Source: Moraxella nasovis
GTDB taxonomy: Bacteria; Pseudomonadota; Gammaproteobacteria; Pseudomonadales; Moraxellaceae
NCBI RefSeq assembly: GCF_022701215.1
Contig: NZ_CP089976.1
Span: 1,440,001 to 1,472,000 of the forward strand
Direction of reading: 5' to 3'
Length of the DNA stretch: 32,000 nt
Position numbers and translations under genes: made by a program. The notes below the pieces were generated by a model. That model was not told the origin of the DNA. It was given only the letters and a program-made list of their open reading frames with translations, and did no database searches. Positions 26,970 to 32,000 of the stretch are shown piece after piece. Position 1 is the first letter of the stretch. Each line of letters starts with the position of its first letter.

Positions 26970-28970
26970 ATGCCAACTCAAATTCAAAATCGTAGAACAG
27001 CCAATGCCATTCGTATCCTAGCTATGGATGCGGTGCAAAAAGCCAACTCAGGACACCCAGGTGCACCAATGGGCATGGCAGACATCGCTGATGTATTGTG
27101 GCGTGAATTTTTAAAGCATAATCCAAAAAATGCCAAATGGGCAAATAGAGACCGTTTTGTCTTATCAAATGGACATGGTTCTATGCTACTTTATTCATTG
27201 TTACATTTGTCAGGCTATGATTTGACGATTGATGACATCAAAAACTTCCGTCAGCTACATGCTAAGACTGCAGGACATCCAGAGTTTGGCTATGCTGATG
27301 GCATTGAGACGACGACAGGTCCTTTGGGACAAGGTATCGCCAATGCGGTGGGTTTTGCCTTGGCAGAAAAGACTTTGGCAGGGCAATTTAACAAGCCTGA
27401 TAATGCTATTATCGATCATTATACTTACTGCTTTTTAGGTGATGGCTGTTTAATGGAGGGTATTAGTCATGAGGCTTGTTCTTTGGCAGGCACGCTAGGG
27501 CTTGGCAAGCTTATCGTTTATTATGACGATAATGGCATCTCGATTGATGGCGAGGTAGAAGGGTGGTTTAGTGATGATACCGCCAAACGCTTTGAGAGCT
27601 ATAACTGGCAAGTGATTAAGGTAGATGGGCATGATCAAAATGCCATTCGCCAAGCCACCAAACAAGCCCAAGCTGAAACTAACAAGCCCACACTTATCAT
27701 CTGTAAAACAGTCATCGGTCTAGGTTCGCCAAACAAACAAGGCAAAGAAGACTGCCACGGTGCTCCGCTTGGCATGGATGAAATCACCTTGGTGCGTGAG
27801 ACGCTTGGTTGGGCAAATAGCGAGCCGTTTGTTATTGATGATGAGATTTATCAAGCATGGGATATGACAGCTAAAGGGCAACGTGCTGAAAGTGAGTGGA
27901 ATGCCAAGTTTGCTGACTATCAGACCAAATACCCAAGTGAAGCAGCAGAATTACAACGTCGTCTAAGCGGCGACTTGCCAAGCGACTTTGAGCAACTAAC
28001 GAGCGACTTTATTAAAGCTTGTAATGATAAGGGTGAAAGTATCGCCAGTCGTAAAGCCAGTCAAAACACCATCGCAAGTCTTTTACCACATTTACCAGAG
28101 GTCCTAGGTGGTAGTGCTGACTTGGCAGGGTCGAATTTAACTCTATGGAATGGAGCTAAAGGCGTACAAGACCATGCAGGCGGTAACTATGTGCATTATG
28201 GTGTGCGTGAATTTGCGATGACAGCGATTGCCAACGGCGTAGCATTGCATGGTGGTTTTATTCCTTATACAGCGACATTTTTGATGTTTATGGAATACGC
28301 CCGTAATGCGGTGAGAATGTCAGCTTTGATGAAGCAGCGTGTGATTAATGTCTATACGCATGATAGTATTGGGCTTGGTGAAGATGGTCCGACACATCAG
28401 CCTGTCGAGCAAGTAGCAAGTCTGCGTTACACGCCAAACCACTTTACATGGCGACCATGTGACACTGTTGAGACGGCGGTGGCATGGAAAATGGCACTAA
28501 AAACTAAAAATGCACCAACATCGCTGATTTTATCTCGTCAAAATCTAGCGTTCCAAGCTCGCACTGATGAGCAAATTGCAGACATCGAAAAAGGTGCTTA
28601 TGTGCTTGCCAAAGAAAAAAGTGAGTTGCAAGCGATTATCATTGCTACAGGTTCTGAAGTAGAGCTTGCGATGACTGCCTATGATGAGCTAAGCCAAGCG
28701 GGCGTGGGCGTGCGTGTGGTATCTATGCCTTGTGCTGAGATTTTTATAAAGCAAGATAAAGACTATATTGAAGGTGTGCTACCGCCAAATGTGCGTGCTC
28801 GTGTCGCCGTTGAAGCGGGGATTGCTGATTATTGGTATAAGTTTATCGGCTTAGACGGTAAAGTGATTGGCATGACAAGCTTCGGTGAATCTGCTCCTGC
28901 CAAAGACTTGTTTAAGCATTTTGGCATCACAAGTGAGGCGGTTATCCAAGCGGTAAATGAGCTGATCTAG
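26970..28970 (+). CDS. tkt: Transketolase
   Basis: The track ORF starts at 26907. The ATG at 26970 gives [40 protein letters not shown].... Motifs: [63 protein letters not shown]. Confidence 0.96.
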   Translation: MPTQIQNRRTANAIRILAMDAVQKANSGHPGAPMGMADIADVLWREFLKHNPKNAKWANRDRFVLSNGHGSMLLYSLLHLSGYDLTIDDIKNFRQLHAKTAGHPEFGYADGIETTTGPLGQGIANAVGFALAEKTLAGQFNKPDNAIIDHYTYCFLGDGCLMEGISHEACSLAGTLGLGKLIVYYDDNGISIDGEVEGWFSDDTAKRFESYNWQVIKVDGHDQNAIRQATKQAQAETNKPTLIICKTVIGLGSPNKQGKEDCHGAPLGMDEITLVRETLGWANSEPFVIDDEIYQAWDMTAKGQRAESEWNAKFADYQTKYPSEAAELQRRLSGDLPSDFEQLTSDFIKACNDKGESIASRKASQNTIASLLPHLPEVLGGSADLAGSNLTLWNGAKGVQDHAGGNYVHYGVREFAMTAIANGVALHGGFIPYTATFLMFMEYARNAVRMSALMKQRVINVYTHDSIGLGEDGPTHQPVEQVASLRYTPNHFTWRPCDTVETAVAWKMALKTKNAPTSLILSRQNLAFQARTDEQIADIEKGAYVLAKEKSELQAIIIATGSEVELAMTAYDELSQAGVGVRVVSMPCAEIFIKQDKDYIEGVLPPNVRARVAVEAGIADYWYKFIGLDGKVIGMTSFGESAPAKDLFKHFGITSEAVIQAVNELI

Positions 28971-29201
28971 TGGGGTGTTGGCACTTTTATAGTACGATAC
29001 AAAATGTAAATGTCTTAGTGGTAATAAAACATTTATTGAAAAATGGCTAAGTTTGGTTTTTATCGTCAAAATTTTTTGCTGAATATTTTCACATTATTTG
29101 CAAAATTTACCACTAAAAAAACGTGTGATGGCTCTTGTTTTTCGTCCGTATTTTTAATTAAAAACAGGCAATATCAACACGCCCTAATCACGTAGTATAC
29201 A

Positions 29202-29228
29202 AAACCCACCATCATGTATGGTGGGTTT
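29202..29228. other. Strong isolated hairpin (11-bp perfect stem) in the 409-nt tkt / RND-operon intergenic region; possible distal tkt terminator or a regulatory or REP-like element
   Basis: aaacccaccat (29202-29212) pairs with atggtgggttt (29218-29228) around the loop catgt. It is followed only by gttg on the plus strand; the minus strand gives tttgtatac after the stem. Confidence 0.35.
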
Positions 29229-29382
29229 GTTGCACAATCAGTGCAAGGCATCTATCTTGTGGGTCTATTTCGCTTGGCATCTGCGGTAAGTCTTTTTTTT
29301 GTGGGGTGCTTTACAAAAATCTTACATAACCAAATCAACAATAAGGTTACAATAAAAATATTTTGGCAACAGGTGAGGCTTG

Positions 29383-30555
29383 ATGAAAGGGGTAAAAAAA
29401 CACATCATTTGGGTGGTGGTTGGTGGATTATTACTGCTGATTGGTATTATGATTGGGCGATTAGGAAGTCAGGTAGATGATATCTCTAGCCACACCAAGC
29501 AAGATGACATTAGTGCCAAAAATTCTAATTCTGCGGTGATGACGGTGAATGCCTTACGTCCAGAATATCGGCCACTTGATGAATACGTCAGTGCTAGTGG
29601 CACCATCACAGGGCGTGATGAGGCGACAGTTGGCACGCGTATTAGTGGCGTGGCGGTGGAACAAGTCATGGTCAAAGAGGGTGATTATGTCAAGGCAGGA
29701 CAGACGCTTGCTAAGCTTGATGACCATACTTCTGCCCAAAATATCTTATCTGCCAATGCCAACCTTCAAAAAGCCAAAGCTGCCCTTGCTAAAGCCACAA
29801 GCGATTTAAGCCGTGTTGAGCCTTTAATTCAAATTGATGCCATCAGTCGTGAGCAGTATGACGGCTATCGCACTGCCAAAACCCAAGCACAGCTGGACGT
29901 ACAAGCAGCAACCGCTGAAGTGAATCTTGCCAAAAATGCCCAAAATAATAGCCTAGTTGTCGCTCCCATATCAGGTATTATCAGTGAAAAAGCTGCTGAA
30001 GTTGGTATGGTTGTAACAGGTGCTCCATTATTTACTATTATCAAAGATGGCGTCTTAGAATGGCAAGCCAATGTGCCTGCAGATAAAGCAAATGAGCTGA
30101 CCGCTGGGCAATCTGCCACCTTAGATAGACCTAAGGCAGGGCGTCCCATCACAGGGGTGATCGATCGTATCTCTCCTACGGCGAATGATAATCGTGAACT
30201 TACGGTTCATGTCACCTTACCTAAGGATAACCGTCTGACAGCAGGAATGTTTGTTTCGGGGAAATTTGCGGCATCACAAAAGACATTACTTGCCATTCCT
30301 GCTCGCCTTGTCAGTACCCAAGATGGCTATGATTATGTGTGGGTGCTAGAGCATAAAGCAGATGATTTTTATACCGCTCACAAGACTAGAATTAACATCA
30401 GTAGCCGAAGTGGGATATATGTGGCGACAAACCTAGATGCAAATACGTTACTAATCGCCCAAGGCGGTAATTTCTTGCGAGATGGCGATACAGTGCGTGT
30501 GGTGGGTGTTTTATCCCAGTCAGCTGAGACATCCGCCATAGATGCGGGGCTGTGA
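29383..30555 (+). CDS. RND efflux periplasmic adaptor (membrane fusion protein, HlyD_D23 family)
   Basis: N-terminal TM anchor, GTITGRDEATVGTRISGVAVEQVMVKEGDYVKAGQTLAKLDD (lipoyl/barrel-sandwich), a coiled-coil hairpin, VVAPISGIISEK, and a C-terminal beta barrel. GGTGAGG precedes the ATG at 29383 (the track uses the TTG at 29380). The stop overlaps the pump start (TGATG). Confidence 0.85.
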   Translation: MKGVKKHIIWVVVGGLLLLIGIMIGRLGSQVDDISSHTKQDDISAKNSNSAVMTVNALRPEYRPLDEYVSASGTITGRDEATVGTRISGVAVEQVMVKEGDYVKAGQTLAKLDDHTSAQNILSANANLQKAKAALAKATSDLSRVEPLIQIDAISREQYDGYRTAKTQAQLDVQAATAEVNLAKNAQNNSLVVAPISGIISEKAAEVGMVVTGAPLFTIIKDGVLEWQANVPADKANELTAGQSATLDRPKAGRPITGVIDRISPTANDNRELTVHVTLPKDNRLTAGMFVSGKFAASQKTLLAIPARLVSTQDGYDYVWVLEHKADDFYTAHKTRINISSRSGIYVATNLDANTLLIAQGGNFLRDGDTVRVVGVLSQSAETSAIDAGL

Positions 30556-32000
30556 TGAATTTTTCTGCTTATTCTATTAAAAATCCACTTGTTGCGATTT
30601 TATTATTTACTTTGCTGACGCTTGGCGGCATTCTCGGCTTTAAAAACAGTAAGATTCAGCAATTTCCTGATATTGACTTGCCGGGGGTGATTGTTACCAT
30701 TCCCATGCCAGGAGCTGCACCTGCTCAGCTAGAAAATGACATTGCCAAAAAAGTAGAAAACAGCTTATCAAAAATTGAGGGGATAAAACACGTCCGCACC
30801 ACCTTGCAGACAGGAGCGGTAACCATTCATGGTGAATTTGTCCTTGAAAAAGACGTCCAAGAAGCGGTGGATGACGTGCGTTCAGCGGTCAGTGAAGTGC
30901 GTGGCGACCTGCCTGCCGCTGCCCAAGAACCGATTATCTCCAAAGTATCCACCGCAGGCTTTCCTGTGGTTAGCTATTCTGTATCTTCAAGCCAAATGGA
31001 TAATGCCCAACTGTCTTGGTGGGTGGATGATGCCTTATCTAGACGATTGTCAAATCTTGATGGCGTGGGAAAAATTGCTCGCATTGGCGGTATTGAACGC
31101 CAAATTATCGTCGCTGCTGATGCTGATAAATTAGGCGGTTGGCAAATGCCAATTACCAGCTTATCTCAGCAAGTATACGCCTTATGGCAGGACGCGTCTG
31201 GCGGTGAAGCTAAAGTGGGCGGTCAGACGCAAACCATACGTATTTTAGGGGCGTCTGATAGCATTCATGAACTACAAAACTTACAAATTAGCACACCGCA
31301 TGGCACAGCAAGACTAGCCGATGTCGCTGATGTGTATGACGGTAAGGCGGACGAGACTAGTACGGCACTTTTAGATAATAAGCCTGTTGTCGCCTTTAAC
31401 ATAACTCGCTCTCGTGGTGCTAGCGAGGTGGCGATGGTGGAGCTTATCGATGCTGAGCTTGATAAAATTACCAAACAAAATCCACACATCACCATTGATA
31501 AGATTTACGACCACGCCAAGCCCATCTATGACGATTATAAAGCATCTATGCAGATGCTGATTGAAGGCTGTATCTTGGCAGTGGTGGTTGTATGGTTGTT
31601 TTTGCGTAATTGGCGAGCAACCTTCGTGACGGCGATGGCATTGCCTTTATCCATTATCCCGACATTTTTGGCGATGTATTGGTTTAACTTTAGCCTAAAT
31701 GTCATTTCTCTTCTTGCTTTATCGCTTGTGATTGGGGTGCTTGTTGATGATGCGATTGTGGAAGTAGAAAATATCATTCGCCATCTTAGACTTGGTAAAA
31801 CGCCTTATGAGGCAGCTATGGAAGCGGCAAACGAGATTGGGCTTGCGGTGATTGCCACAACCTTTACGCTGATTGCTGTGTTCTTGCCAACGGCTTTTAT
31901 GAATGGCGTTGTGGGGCAGTTTTTCTCACAGTTTGGCTGGACAGCGGCGATAAGCGTTTTTATCTCATTGCTTGTAGCAAGGCTAATCACGCCAATGATG
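30555..32000 (+). CDS. RND efflux permease (AcrB/AcrD/AcrF superfamily), N-terminal 482 codons; continues beyond the window
   Basis: Not in the track because it is open at the right edge. Translation gives MNFSAYSIKNPLVAILLFTLLTLGGILGF...QQFPDIDLPGVIVTIPMPGAAPAQLE...WLFLRNWRATFVTAMALPLSIIPTFLAMYWFNFSLNVISLLALSLVIGVLVDDAIVEVENIIRH...IGLAVIATTFTLIAVFLPTAFM, the conserved TM1 / porter / TM2-6 layout of RND pumps. Confidence 0.9.
   Translation, partial: MNFSAYSIKNPLVAILLFTLLTLGGILGFKNSKIQQFPDIDLPGVIVTIPMPGAAPAQLENDIAKKVENSLSKIEGIKHVRTTLQTGAVTIHGEFVLEKDVQEAVDDVRSAVSEVRGDLPAAAQEPIISKVSTAGFPVVSYSVSSSQMDNAQLSWWVDDALSRRLSNLDGVGKIARIGGIERQIIVAADADKLGGWQMPITSLSQQVYALWQDASGGEAKVGGQTQTIRILGASDSIHELQNLQISTPHGTARLADVADVYDGKADETSTALLDNKPVVAFNITRSRGASEVAMVELIDAELDKITKQNPHITIDKIYDHAKPIYDDYKASMQMLIEGCILAVVVVWLFLRNWRATFVTAMALPLSIIPTFLAMYWFNFSLNVISLLALSLVIGVLVDDAIVEVENIIRHLRLGKTPYEAAMEAANEIGLAVIATTFTLIAVFLPTAFMNGVVGQFFSQFGWTAAISVFISLLVARLITPMM

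Noticed and set aside
29043-29480. 50-codon ORF at 29043-29195 (MAKFGFYRQNFLL...) and track ORF 29214-29480
   Set aside because: Neither has an SD or recognisable similarity. The second overlaps the efflux adaptor start in another frame.

Overview
Mostly core-chromosome segment from a moderately AT-rich gammaproteobacterium that looks Moraxellaceae-like (Moraxella/Psychrobacter type). That placement is inferred from protein similarities and the pilMNOPQ-aroK-aroB-SPOR synteny and is not proven. Gene order: ileS (5' part, minus strand, open at the left edge) | frameshifted MFS transporter | RutG-like NCS2 permease | YeeZ-like Rossmann protein | decayed IS1595/IS1016-like transposase | DUF2788 | argS + SPOR protein | DUF808/YedI | gdhA | His-tailed DsbD_2 membrane protein + ccoS | delta-9 acyl desaturase, divergent from a TetR regulator whose 3' end overlaps pilM | pilMNOPQ | aroK-aroB-DamX-like | beta-carbonic anhydrase | long-type gloA | YcxB-like | serS | EcsC-like | tkt | RND efflux adaptor + pump (3' end cut by the window). 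I saw no CRISPR, rRNA, tRNA, prophage or recognisable defence/toxin cassette. One feature is unusual: the IleRS reading frame carries a complete ~170-aa GNAT (RimL/Acetyltransf_3-like) acetyltransferase domain inserted in frame inside the CP1 editing domain, with the editing and HIGH motifs intact on both sides. Secondary oddities: an MFS gene broken at an A7/T7 run, a short AMIN-less PilQ, a PilM with a large acidic insertion, a TetR gene overlapping pilM, and a 22-His tail on the membrane protein downstream of ccoS. All homology statements rest on reading the translations by eye and on memory; no searches were run.
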